DNA of 64,000 nt from Paramecium tetraurelia (Eukaryota): contig CT868004.1 in the NCBI GenBank assembly GCA_000165425.1, positions 62,001 through 126,000 on the forward strand, read 5' to 3'. This document shows, one piece after another, positions 14,418-26,972 of the stretch; positions within the stretch are counted from its first letter, which is position 1, and each line of letters opens with the position of its first letter. A program made the position numbers and the translations under genes. Below the pieces are notes generated by a model that was not told where the DNA came from, made no database searches, and saw nothing but the letters and a program-made list of their open reading frames with translations.

Positions 14418-15179
14418 TCAGTCTTCAGCTGTCATTTCCTAAAGTATGTCCTAAATCGTAACTCCAGGGTCCTGCTCTTTGCGAACTTTCATCTATGCTT
14501 CTGCTTGTATTAAGAAATCCTTCAATTTCAGCAATTCTGTATCATTGTCTTAACCAGTGTATAATGCTATTGGATAGGCATTCTCAGAATTGGCTTGAAT
14601 GAATTTCTAAAATTTATACCTAGACATTAATCCTCATCAGAATCCACGAATATCACATTGTGAGGATTAGAGGTTGTCATATTAATTTCCTTTGTGATTT
14701 TATTGCGAGATAATACACATGACTATGTGAAAAATAAAATTTACTTTTATCTGTAAAAATTATGCTTTAATTTGATGCAAAATCGATCTATTATTGGAAC
14801 AGCAAAGTCTTAGATTTGAGTCGTATAGATGCTCACATCATAAATCTAGGACACACTCAATAAAAATTGATCCAGATACGGTCTATGTTTAATGTAAAAA
14901 TCCTGGGTGAGTCCTGAAAGATACCTATAGAGATATATCGTGAGAATGTTACTTGATATTGATTTTATCCCATCCTGGAATTGCGGTATAGCTAGTACAA
15001 ACGAGAGTCCCTTCCAACCCTATCAATAATCTCAATTTCCCTGTGTAAAAAGAATTTGATCTCGGAATTTAGTGATAACGTCTGAGTTCCAACCTCGTTT
15101 TCGGTCTCAACCTTTTACGTATAAGCGTAAAAGTCTTATCAATGAATTAGCAGAGCCATGCTAAAATTTATGCGAACAT
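14418..15179 (-). CDS. NIF/FCP1-SCP (CTDNEP1/Dullard-like) HAD phosphatase-domain protein with degenerate catalytic motif
   Basis: LLIGLEGTLV sits at the DLDETLV position. Also FYIKHRPYLDQFL, VSIYT, VIFVDSD and NAYPI..DNDTELLKL. Introns of 28 nt (14925-14952) and 26 nt. Confidence 0.85.
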
Positions 15180-15192
15180 AATTTAATTAATA

Positions 15193-15558
15193 ATGTCATA
15201 AACAGAACTCATGGAACTACACGAATCCACGAAAGTTTAAAACAAACTCAAGCCAATCTTAAAACATAACAAAAACACCTATTTAACCACTCACAACAGG
15301 ACAGATGCAGCTGGCAATCAAATTATTAAAGGAGGGAATCACAAGATTTCCTTCCTACCGACCTCGAATGAACAATCTCCCAATGTTGTCACTTCCAGCA
15401 ATATTCGAATCTAGAGTGAGTCTTCTGAATCTGATTAAGACATTAATGAAAGTAACTCTACCTTACATAAGAAACCCTTTCTAAATTTAAAAGGAAAAAA
15501 CTGTCAACAAACCTCCCCACTCACTGTAAATGAATCAAACTGTTGTATAATATTTTGA
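15193..15558 (+). CDS. Small protein (121 aa) with PILK, RTDxxGxxIxKG-HKISF and C-terminal CCIIF (CaaX) motifs
   Basis: Intronless code-6 ORF MSQTELMELH...KPILKH...RTDAAGNQIIKGGNHKISF...ESNCCIIF*. Confidence 0.85.
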
Positions 15559-15573
15559 TATGATAATTCTTAT

Positions 15574-17098
15574 TCATTTTTATGTTATCTAGAACTTATT
15601 CCTCAAGATCCTTTAAATAAGATTCAATTAATCCTCTGACATCTTATTATGACTGACATACGATCTCAACACCACCAAAATCTACTAAACCTATGGAAGA
15701 TCTTCAATTATAACTTTCTCCCAAAGAATCTAATTATATAATATTATTTTACTTATAAAGCTTCATTCGACAGATTATATAATTTTGTGATTTATAAAGC
15801 GCAATTAATTTTAATACTATTATTAATCTAAATTGTTTTAATGGTAATATCTTTCGTTTTTTGTCTCATTTCTAAAACCATTGGCTGCAAATCTTTGAAA
15901 GTACTCTCAGTTTTCAATAACAAGGAGTATAGTTCTGACAGATTATTAATGTTGAAACTTTCAATAGTGTATTTTATATTGGAAATAAAAAGTTCGCTTA
16001 GTTCTTGACCTAAAGTTAAAATGAATGGTAACTTTATAAATATTTAAGATTAGCAGTTTAAAACATTATATAATAATTATTATTCATTTGTAGTTCATTG
16101 CTTTTGACATATTATTTTAAGCAATTAATCTAAATATCAATAGGTATAAGTTGATCCAATTCGCTAATCATCTAAAATATTACAAGATCATTGTTTACTT
16201 AAATAATTTCAAGAGGTGTAAGTTTAAGGATAATTTTTTAATATAACTGGGAAATATCAAGCTTATTCTTGACTGAAACATTCTTATATTTGCAGGCTCT
16301 GATGAATTAAATAAATGCTAAAAATCGTTTAAATTCCAAAGATTCCTCAGTTGATTACCTGTTGATTTCTTTGTAAATGTCATCTAAGTTTAGGTAATTT
16401 AATTAGGGATCAATTTTGGATGATGATGCATTGCTTTTGTTACCATAAATAATCTCATTCAATTTGGTTTTGGTTTCCTATCTATGAGAGATTTATTAAA
16501 TCCAATTATGAATCAGATTGCTATAAAATAATTGCAGATAAACAATGATTTCATCGTAATTGTTGAACTCTGTAATGGATGAAAGGGATTTCAACCTCTC
16601 CAATATAGGTTGAAGCATGATCTTGCTATTTTCTAAAATAATTAATAGAGACTTCATCTGATTTAGATTATCCAAATTTTACTAATTTAAGAACAATTGA
16701 ATCAACAAAGTCTTAGTATTTTCTGTGCATATGTGGAATATCTTTTCTATAAGCGAGGATATTTGTTTTTCAGTCAAAGTTTTTGATAATTTTCTAATTC
16801 TGTTTTCATATTGCAATTTTGCTCTTAAAGATAACAATTGATGATGCTTAGATATGAGAAATCCCATTTTTGTTAAATCTTCATTATCAATATGGTTCAA
16901 CCACTTTGAAAATTGTACTTCCGTCTTTTCCCAAAGCTGATTATCCATTAGGTTGATGGATGACAATTTCCAAATGTCGACTATTGATGCCTTGAAGGGT
17001 TGCTATTCTATTTTTTACGAGATTGTATTGTATATTTAAACACTCTCCTTGTTGATGACTTAGCAAAACCTAAATCTCAAACACAATTATCTAAGCAT
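15574..17098 (-). CDS. Hypothetical alpha-helical protein with possible mitochondrial presequence
   Basis: Starts MLRQLCLRFRFCQVINK (Arg-rich, no acidic residues); includes track ORF 16682-16966. Two predicted introns of 20 and 23 nt. Confidence 0.7.
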
Positions 17099-17116
17099 TT
17101 TAATTTATAATAATTT

Positions 17117-17572
17117 ATGAATACTAACAAATTGAGGATAAGTAAGTCCTTAACAAGATAGCGATAATCTCCCATTCCTCCAGTAGAACCAAAACTATAC
17201 GTCGGTTCACCAGTAAGTTAATCGCCCCCTTAAAAAGCATTGCATCAAATGACGTTTTATTAAAGATTGAGGTTATATTATAAATCTCAAAACACTTTAA
17301 CTCCGAAACCATGGAACTCTCCTTTAGATGAACAAAGAACAATTTTAAGATTAATTTCAGTACATGACGTAATTAAACCGAAAAAGAAGGAATTATAAAC
17401 TAGAGTCTCAAAAAATGTTTAGATTCAACCGAGCACTCATAAACGATTCGTGACTGATATGCCGAAAATTTAGCCAGATGCTCTAACTCAGAAAATTAGA
17501 TTAAATTTTAAATCACCCATTCATGTGTTGAATAAAACTAATTCTTTTGGTCCTTGGGATTCTCCTTTATGA
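17117..17572 (+). CDS. Hypothetical basic, Pro/Ser-rich protein, 151 aa
   Basis: Intronless code-6 ORF MNTNKLRISKSLTRQRQSPIPP...SFGPWDSPL*. PWNSPL / PWDSPL occurs twice. Confidence 0.75.
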
Positions 17573-17642
17573 ATTGTAAATTATTTATTTTGCAATTGTA
17601 TTTAATTATAGACAACATATATTCATTTATTATCAATTATTC

Positions 17643-17939
17643 TCAGAAATATATTGGCAAAGTCTGGGCTTTCTCTATATTTGAAGGACTACTTGATAAT
17701 TTCGATTATCGTCTTCTCTAAACTAGCTAATTGGTATCAGGCCCTTTCAAAACTGGAACTTTGGAGAAAGAAGCTCTTTCAGTTGGGACAATGTAAAAAG
17801 CCTACCCACTTCCATCCGTATATTGTTTCTTTAAAATAGATTCCATATTGGAATTGTGAGACTTGAATTTCAAGGTTTTTGGTTTAATAAGGATCACAGA
17901 TTGATCATCATCTGCTGTTAAGCTTTAAGAACATCCCAT
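17643..17939 (-). CDS. Small protein with MGC dual-acylation start, 98 aa
   Basis: MGCSQSLTADDDQSVILIKPK...ESILKKQ...VPVLKGPDTNQLVQRRRQS...PIYF*. Confidence 0.8.
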
Positions 17940-20900
17940 GTAGATTAATTATTTATTTTTATTAAAAATATTAAAGTACTGCTCTTCTATAAGTATTAAG
18001 CTAAGAATTCAGTCAAATATAAATGTCTAATTGTATTCACAAAGTACTTCATTAATCCAAATGCAAGGAATATCAATAAATAATATATTCAGTAAAATTA
18101 AATGTCATGGTATTTAACCTATACTTCTCATGTTGATAAAATTACATAACTGTTATCAAATGAAATAAACATTCGCAATAATTTTTAGACACTCAAACAA
18201 GTAAGTTATTGGATATTTTTATTAGAATTTAATTTCATCTAACAATTAGAATATGATAACAATTTTTTAGAATTAGTTTACTATTAAAAATGCATCATTA
18301 TCCTACAAACCGAAAATTTATAAAACCATTTTGATCTAGGGCTTCATTTGGATGTATCAAAAAAATACATATAAATTAATATTAAAATATTGTTATTTAT
18401 TTTAAAGATAAACATTAGGGTTATTTTATCATAGAAGTTTTATATTTAAAGAAAACCTTGGTTTGCATATTCCAAATATGAGAACCCATTCTCATCTGTA
18501 AAATATTGGTTTAATAATACATAAAATGGGATGCTGACATGCTGTTGATATAAAATTATATATTGATTTATTTTCCTTTAGCTGAAAACTGGTATTAATT
18601 ATTTCTAGAAACAAGTATTGATTTAATTGAACTATAGTAATACCATATATTATAAAAATAGTCAATATTAAATTAACAACTTTAGATGAAAAATGCATGG
18701 TATGAAATTTATAATATTGATATCACCTTTGTATTTATTATTGCAAAATTAAATTTGGGCAAATATTAGATTTCAACTACTATCCTAGAACTAAGAAATG
18801 TATTTGAATAAATTAAAATTAAACTCTATCATTCTTATAATCTATTCTCTCATTTTTTATCAATCATTAATTCAATCTTAGTCATCTTTTTAGAATGTAA
18901 CGAATGAATACCCTCTAAATATAAAACATTTTCAATGGAATTTAAATAAGGTTTTACACTTTTAATTACAGAGTTAATCATAAAGACCCTAGTATGTATA
19001 AATTTTATTTATTATGACCGAAACAAGTTTATTCAGATCCAAAAGATTGGAAGCAAGCCACAACCCTATATCAAATATCTAAAATAGCAATGAAAGTAAT
19101 TTATCAATATTTAAAATAAATATATTAGATTTATTGAATCTCTGTAAAAATTATGATTTTTCACTGTATAATAATTTGACTTTGAAACTAAAAAGAATTA
19201 TATTAGAGTAAAATGTAAAGATTATTTTATTGTCATTTTTTTAACATTATTACAACAATATTTCAAGCATCTTTATCGGTTTAAGAAAATATTTAATCCT
19301 TTAATTTTAATATAAACAGAAGTTAAAAGCTACTTCTTCAAATTGTTATTAATGCAAATCAATAATTTTTATCTGAATTTCACTTGTATTATTAATAACT
19401 AATATCCACTTTTATATTAAGTTGTTAGGACCTTCATAAAAGTATATGATTTAGATGATTATATAAATATGATAACTTCAATTATCTAATAATCAAGTTC
19501 TTCATCTAAAAATAAATGAAAATTTATTAAATTATCTTTAAATAAATTACTACATAATTGATATAAATTCATCAACAAATATCCTTTTACATATAATATC
19601 ACCATGGAAATTTAATGGACATTTATAACAAGTTAATTTTGCGTTGATCTGCCTTTTCATCTAAGGGATGAAACACCAATTATTTTTTAACTCTAATTGA
19701 ATAGCTAAATAAATATATTTTTTATATTATATTATTTTTACTTAATACTAAATAACGACTAAAAATTAAAAAAATATTTTAATTATATTGAATTAATATA
19801 TTATATTTCAAAATTCGTTACCATACATTGAATCCTTATTTTTGGAATTAAAGATTTGATTATCATGTTAATTCATTTTATAAAATAAAAATTACAATTT
19901 CTTTATTATCATTAAATTTCTTATAAATCTCTAAATTATGATCTAATTAATATTATTAATTGCTACTAAAATTTTCTCAAAATATTTTATCAAAATCGCA
20001 TTATTCATAGTTATAGAGTTGAAAAACACTCCAATAGCTGAGTAAAGTTTAATACATCAATGCACTACCCTATTTTATTTTGTTCTTTATTATTTTTTTC
20101 GATATAGAATTTCATTTTCTACCTTAAAAATAAAAGATTATATTTTAAAGTAAGGATGTCCTAGATATAATATTCTTATGATTTTGGTTTTAATATAGGT
20201 GTCTAAGCTGGCTCAGTAACTTACAACAGTAAAATCTGTATTTCATCAAAGACAGCATGTAAATTGTTATTCACAACTAAACCAATTCAATAAAAAAAAT
20301 ATATTTAATGCAATAATCAGTAACCTTATTGGCGACTCTCACAAAAATTCACCATGCTCCATCAAAGAATGATATTAAAACACCCCATTTTCAGTGCTCG
20401 TATAATGGGTGCTTTACTAATTTCTATGTTCAAAAGGGCCTACTCTTCAAATCTAATGAAACAAAAGGAGAATGCGGAACAAAAAAAGGATAACAACAAC
20501 TGTATTGTTGTAGGCAATGTTACTTAAAGAAATTCATGTGATTTATTAGTGTATATGAACTTCTAAAAATTATATTTTACAAAATGGTATCCATAATTCC
20601 TTTCTGCTACCATGATAATATTGCATGAAATAGTAGATAAGTATATGATTTAAGATTTCTATCAATAATAACTGTCCAACTGAAAGTTAGTGATAACTAT
20701 TTGATTTATACTTTTCATCAAATAATATATTTATAGATGAATTGATGTAGCTTTATAAGAAAGACTTGTCAATGTGAAATATTGATGTACATGAATATGA
20801 AAATTTCAATTATATTTCATATACTTTCTCCAAATTGAACGCTTTATTGGTAAGTTTATGAAATGAATTGAATCTAACAGAAACTTAGGTACAAGAATAT

Positions 20901-21633
20901 ATATATTCTTATTATTTAAGAGATACAATTAAATTCTTAGAATTGATCCTGGCATTCATTTTCTAAAGTCTTTAACTCTAATTAATTGCAACAACAAATG
21001 TAACACAAAAATGAGATTTTTCAAAATAATCATTAAACTTCAATAATGATAATGAAAAGAATTGAATTAAGACAATTTGGAATGCTTAGAATTGAAATTC
21101 TCAATTCTTTAGTTTCTAGAAATAAATTTTAAAATTTCAATTTAAAATTGTTTTGTTGCAGAATAGGTAAGTTTAGGCAAAGTTTAAGTAATAATTACAA
21201 CACCTTAGAATGTACTCTATTATAATCGTATAGTAGGAGAAAAACAAGGTAAATTAATACCTTTCCTGATTATAAATGCATTATTTATATATTAGACATA
21301 ACAACATTATCAGCTTTGGGTATTTTTTATATACAATACCAAGATTAAATAAATAAATTTGTCGTCCCCAAAGGATATTTAATGAAATATTGTACATATG
21401 ATGCATTTGAATGAATTATTGATGAGTAAAATTTCAACTTCATATTAATATTGTCTATAACATTCATAAAAATTTAATTAAAAAAAAATATTAATTTTGT
21501 AAATTCGATATATATATTGAATTACTATTATATAATAAGAGTAAAACGCTCTTTTTTTAAGATTTTCTAATATTCTCACAACTAAGAAATAGATTTGACT
21601 AAATATACATTAGATAAGATCTGTATAAAATAT

Positions 21634-23339
21634 TCAATTTATAAACTTCTCAATAACCTCACTTTACACTATCATCATTGCTATCATATCAGAATTTACT
21701 TAAAATGACTATAATTAATCTATTAGTTAATTGTGGGAACTCATGAATTTTCTGGATTTTTTATCCTTATTATTAGCATTGTTTGATTTTGCGAGATCAA
21801 TTTAGGCAAGATGCATATTGTTTAATTTGGAATTGATAAAACTTTCCTTTTATTATAATTCCCTCTACAAAATTTAGAGATTTTATGGGATTTAATCAGA
21901 AGGAACCTACTAAATTTTAGACGAAATATCTTTCAAGTATTGACCCAATATTTTGCCATCTTCAGACAATTATCTCTATCTTTATTAAATAAATAATTAC
22001 TATTTGTTTGTTTTTTTGAATCAAATCCTGTTATAATTTTTATTCCTCGTTTTTTATTTTCTATTGGGATGATTCAACTGAGTCATTTAGTGATTTTTTC
22101 AAAATTGTGCATTCATTTAAAACACTTTAATTGGACTTTTATCTAGATTAAATCCAATTATTTACAAATCATCAAACTTGGTTTTTAGTTGTTCATGATC
22201 ATTCCTGACAGATTTATAATAATCTTAGAGTTGATCTTTCTCTTTAACGGCTATACTGGTTGTTTCTAACAACTTTTCAGTTTTCCTTATTAGACCTTTG
22301 AGCTACATTAATTAAAATATATAATTACTTCTTAATCTTTATTTGATAACTACTTTTGTGAGATTGATAGATTCATTAAGGCTTCAGTCAGTTAATTATT
22401 AACCATTTTAAGTTCTAGTTCTAGATCATTATTTTTAGAGGTTAATTTGGTAATGGCCTCATTTTTCATTTGCAATTCATCGATTTAAAATTGGATAATT
22501 TTTTAGGAACTAATAGATGGTGAATTCTAATATTATTATTCTCTTTTTTATGTGGCACTTGATGATTAAAAGACAAATTCCCTTTATTTAATACTCGATT
22601 AAGGAGTGGTGAACACATCATAATTAGAGGATGATATTTGTTGTGACCCTATTGAATTTTGGATCTTTTTAATTTGCCTACTTAGATCTTCAATAGGGTT
22701 GCCGTTATTCTTATCAAAAAGTTTTTGGTTCTTTAGGACATCAACAGTATTTTGCATGGCTGCAATTGTATCTTTGATTTCATTTTTTTGAGATGGTAAA
22801 ATTTAATCTTAGAAAGAAGAAGAGTTTTCATTTTTTGAATTGATTTCTTGAAGCAGTACATAAATTAAGTATTTAAGTAGTAGGAGATCGGTACAACGAT
22901 AGAAATCAAAGCATTGGTTATCTAAGCAGAAACATTTCATTTTGGCCACTGTAGAGGTACAAGAGTTGTGATTATTTTCTTTGGCAAACTTAAAGTTTTT
23001 TAACTTCTTTTCAATCTTATGCATCATAAGTTTGGAGTTCTGATTCATTATGGTGAATTATTATGAAGATTGTAATTATTGAGGTGATCCATTGTATTCA
23101 TCTTAATAATCTTGCAAATTGCTGCATGATCTATTTTTTTCGATGATTGATTTTTTAATTCTATCAGTCCCTTGATCTGTTTCATTATTTAAGGAATGTA
23201 CATAAGAATCAATCAAGCTCTTTCTCCTGGCTGGAGCCTAAAATTCGCTGGGTTTCATATGAATATTGGATGCCTTTGCTAGGAGTTTGTTGGCATAGAC
23301 ATTAAGGTAATCGTCTTTGGAGCGTCGATTGAATTGCAT
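21634..23339 (-). CDS. Hypothetical coiled-coil protein
   Basis: Long code-6 frame from MQFNRRSKDDYLNVY, including track ORF 22809-23048. Q/K/E-rich heptads, short introns, ends MIVQSEVIEKFIN*. Confidence 0.75.
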
Positions 23340-23447
23340 AGGTTTAATTGGTAAAATAAAAAGAGAAATATAATTATAATTATTTGCATAGTGTTAATAA
23401 GCAATAATAAATAAGGTGTGAATGAATTTTAATTAATAATAAATTAG

Positions 23448-23854
23448 ATGGCTACAGCCTTAGGTTTGGGTTATGGTACTATAGCAATATTAGCTGGGTT
23501 TGTATTGGCCCTACTCATCACTTTCTTTTTCGGAAGGTCTACACGATCTCCAGAGTAATCAATAAGGCAATTAAAAGATTAGTTTGCCTGTTAACGATGT
23601 TAATTCCAATAATATTGATCATAATCTTCACGGCATCACCAAAGAAAAGCCAGATTTTGACAGATTCCGATTAGGTGGATTCTTACCTTCCAGTTGATAT
23701 ATTTGCAATGGTATTCGGGATCGTAAGTGCTCTGAGTGCATTACTCTGCATATTGGGACATTACTATTTCCAGGGATTGAGAGCAATAAGAATAAGTTCG
23801 CAATTAGAGATGGAGAGAGATAAATAGAAATTGGAAAGAAAAAAACCAGCTTGA
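23448..23854 (+). CDS. TMEM218: TMEM218-like ciliary transition-zone membrane protein, 127 aa
   Basis: MATALGLGYGTIAILAGFVLALLITFFFGRS..three TMs..SPKK..QVDSY..LGHYYFQGLRA matches the remembered TMEM218 pattern (LGxGxG start, Pro after TM2, VD before TM3, HY after TM3). One 23-nt intron at 23555-23577. Confidence 0.75.
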
Positions 23855-23891
23855 AGTGATTGAAGCTATTATTATAATTTTAAATTTTTTC

Positions 23892-26231
23892 ATGCCGCCA
23901 TTCAAATAACCCAAAAAGCAAGTCACTTCAATTGAGAAACCTGTAGTTGAAGAACAGAGACCTTCCACTGCCTATTAGGTTGTATATTCAAGAGACATCC
24001 GAAAGAAGAAGAAGTAAATGTTTGATGGAGTTTTGGTAATTGAGAATTAAAGAATGAAATTATTTGATATGGAATCTAAATAATTGTTTGCAGGCAGTGA
24101 TCAAATTTATGACAATATTTCACAATATTATATGGGATAATTCTATGGTATACTAAATATATAACCAAAATAATAGTTGAACTCATGAATCAAATACCTA
24201 TCGATGAATTCAAATCTGGCAAAATTTTCATGGCTTAACCAGAACCAGAATAGAAGGTTATAGTTAAACCCAAGAAACCCTTCAAATCTAAGTAATAGCC
24301 AGATGTTGAGCCTAAATTTACTATTTTGGAAGGTTTTGATGTTGATTAATTTCTCTATAAATAATTGAGAGCACATCAAATTGAGGGTGTTAGATTCATG
24401 TTGGAGTGTGTAACAGGCAAAAAAGGGAAATCCATAAGAGGATGCATTTTAGCAGATAGTATGGGGTTGGGAAAAACATTGTAAGCAATTACATTAATGT
24501 GGATTTTGATATAATCACATGAGATATCCAAAATAGTTATCACTTGTCCAGTTTCATTGATTGGTAATTGGGAGAAGGAGATAAAAAAATGGCTGGGTCC
24601 AATGAGATTGCAACCATTATCTGCCATTGGCACTAAAGATGAAGTAAATAAGTAAGTCAAATATTTTTTATATTCTCCATATAATCTATTATTGACTTCA
24701 TATGAAACCTTCAGAAATATTTGTAATGAAATTGATAAGGTTATTGATTTACTAATTTGTGATGAAGGGCATCGATTGAAAAATAGTAATATTAAAACAG
24801 TTCAAGCCATGAATTAATTGAAGTGTAAAAGAAGAATAGTCCTAAGCGGAACTCCAATCTAAAACAACATGAAGGAGTTTTATGCATGTTGTGATTTCGT
24901 CAACCCCGGAATATTCTCGTCTTATAAGACTTTTAAGTTGGTCTTCTAAGATCCAATAGAAATGTCTATGGAAAAGGGATCAAGTGCTGAAACCGTTGAA
25001 TTGGGCAAATTAAGATCTTAAGAATTAAGTTCATTAACAAGTTAATTTATTTTGAGAAGGAAACCTGAAATTTTGAGCAAAGTAAGATCTTTTAGTTTAA
25101 TACTAGTTTTTACCTAGCAAGTTTGAATATTTGATATTTTGCACAATGACTCCATAATAATAAGTGTTATATAAGAGAAGTTTGCAATTGTGTCCAAATT
25201 CTGTTATGATGTAATTAAATTTATTGAGAAAAGTCACTACCCATCCTAAACTTATTGAAGATGATGAAAGTCAAGCTGCAGAAAAATTGGTAGTTCAAGA
25301 TTATTAATCTGTTAAGTTCAATTGTTTAAAAATACTAGTTGATCAATGTAAAGAACAAAATGAAAAAGTAGTAATCAATAGTTATTATCGATAAACTTTG
25401 GATTAGATTGAACACAATCTCATTTAATGGAATTTGAAATTCTTGCGATTAGATGGAAAAGTAGTGTAAAAACAAAGACTTACTTTGGTTGACGAATTTA
25501 ATAAGGATAAAGATATTACTGTATTTTTATTGAATGGAAAATCAGGAGGCACTGGATTAAATTTAGTGGGAGCAAATAAAATGATATGTGTTGAAGTTGA
25601 TTGGAATCCTGCAAATGATTCTTAAGTTATGGGTAGAATCTGGAGAGATGGTTAATAAAAATAAGTTCATATTTATCGATTAATAACATGTGGAACCTAT
25701 GAAGAAAAAATTATGCAAAGACAATTAACTAAAGAAAATTTATCCTAAAACATCGTTGACGAAAAATCATTATAAAACTAATTTACTACTGAAGAACTCA
25801 AAGATTTACTGACATATAAGGATAGCCAAAAATGTTATATTTTTGATCAATCAGACAAATTAGAAGCAGAACATGATTATCCTACTGATTTAAATAAATT
25901 TGTTGTATTAGTTAAAATTCATAAAACCTAATCTTGTATTCCAAATGAATTTGATAATTAAAACACATTTTTAGAGAAAGTGATTGAGGATCCCTAAAAT
26001 ATCTAATATCTAGATAATGATGAAAATCCAGAATCTGAAGGTGATAATTCATAGTAAGAATAATAAGAATAAGAATAATAATAAGAGCCTCAAGAATAAG
26101 AAGTATTCAAAGATATAACCAATCAATTTCAAAATGTTAATTTGCAGGAACAACAAGAGAAAAATGACTAATAATAGGCAGATTTTCCTTTAGCTAATAT
26201 AAATATTTGTGATTTATCTTTTTTAGATTGA
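23892..26231 (+). CDS. RAD54: RAD54-family SNF2 DNA translocase (RAD54B/Rdh54-like), about 761 aa
   Basis: [77 protein letters not shown]. Introns of 29 nt (about 24148-24176) and 25 nt (25082-25106). Confidence 0.93.
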
Positions 26232-26408
26232 CTTATTGAAATATGCAATTTATATTTACTTATTCCAAATCATTAAAAAAGGCATTATTAATTATTAATA
26301 AGTCATTATTGAAATGAATCTAATGGATAGAAACTTATAAGGTGATTTTATTTAATTTATAATTTTCGAAACTAATGATTATTTTATTTGCAAATAATTT
26401 GATATCTT

Positions 26409-26972
26409 TCAAAGTAGAAAACTTTCACATCCACTTGCTTAATATAAGAAAAAAAGAACAAGAAGAATTGTCAAAACCATGTTGATTGAGAATTTCATAT
26501 CAGTATTCGATTATTTGATGACGATTGATGAAGCACTTTTATTCGTCTATTACTCTATGCCTCTTATAGATCGATGATTTAAAAAATTTTATATTACTTG
26601 TTTTGTCCTTATTTCTTGCTCTTGTTGTCTCTGCTTTTCCATTATAAGTGATACCGTCTCTTTAACAGTAGCCTATATTTATGGATTTGATCCCAGCTTT
26701 TTTTTGAAATGATCAGACAATTTAATATTTTGTGTTAGTTTTGGAAATTGGGCCAGAATTTGCAGATATTACTTTGTGGATATATAGGTTTCCCCTTGAT
26801 ATACCTACTCCATAGATTTTCTGTTTCTGTATTTCGTTATTGTAGATTGTTTATTCGAATAAGCCCTAATTTCTTTGAATCCGACTTTCAAAGTTTTCGA
26901 TTCACAAATTTAAATGATTCGAATTACATAAAACTTTTAAAACTTACTTTCAAAAGCACGGAGTTGCGACAT
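26409..26972 (-). CDS. Hypothetical protein with C-terminal transmembrane helix (tail-anchored-like), 187 aa
   Basis: Intronless code-6 ORF MSQLRAFESKFQKFYVIR...FSINMVLTILLVLFFLYQASGCESFLL*. Confidence 0.7.

Noticed and set aside
18492..18698. Track ORF of 68 aa, and the similar 35906-36097 and 37795-38010
   Set aside because: I/F/L/N/K composition typical of AT-rich non-coding DNA.
26050..26102. TAAGAA/TAATAA repeat that looks like a run of stop codons or a microsatellite
   Set aside because: It is the Gln/Glu-rich tail of the RAD54-like protein under code 6.
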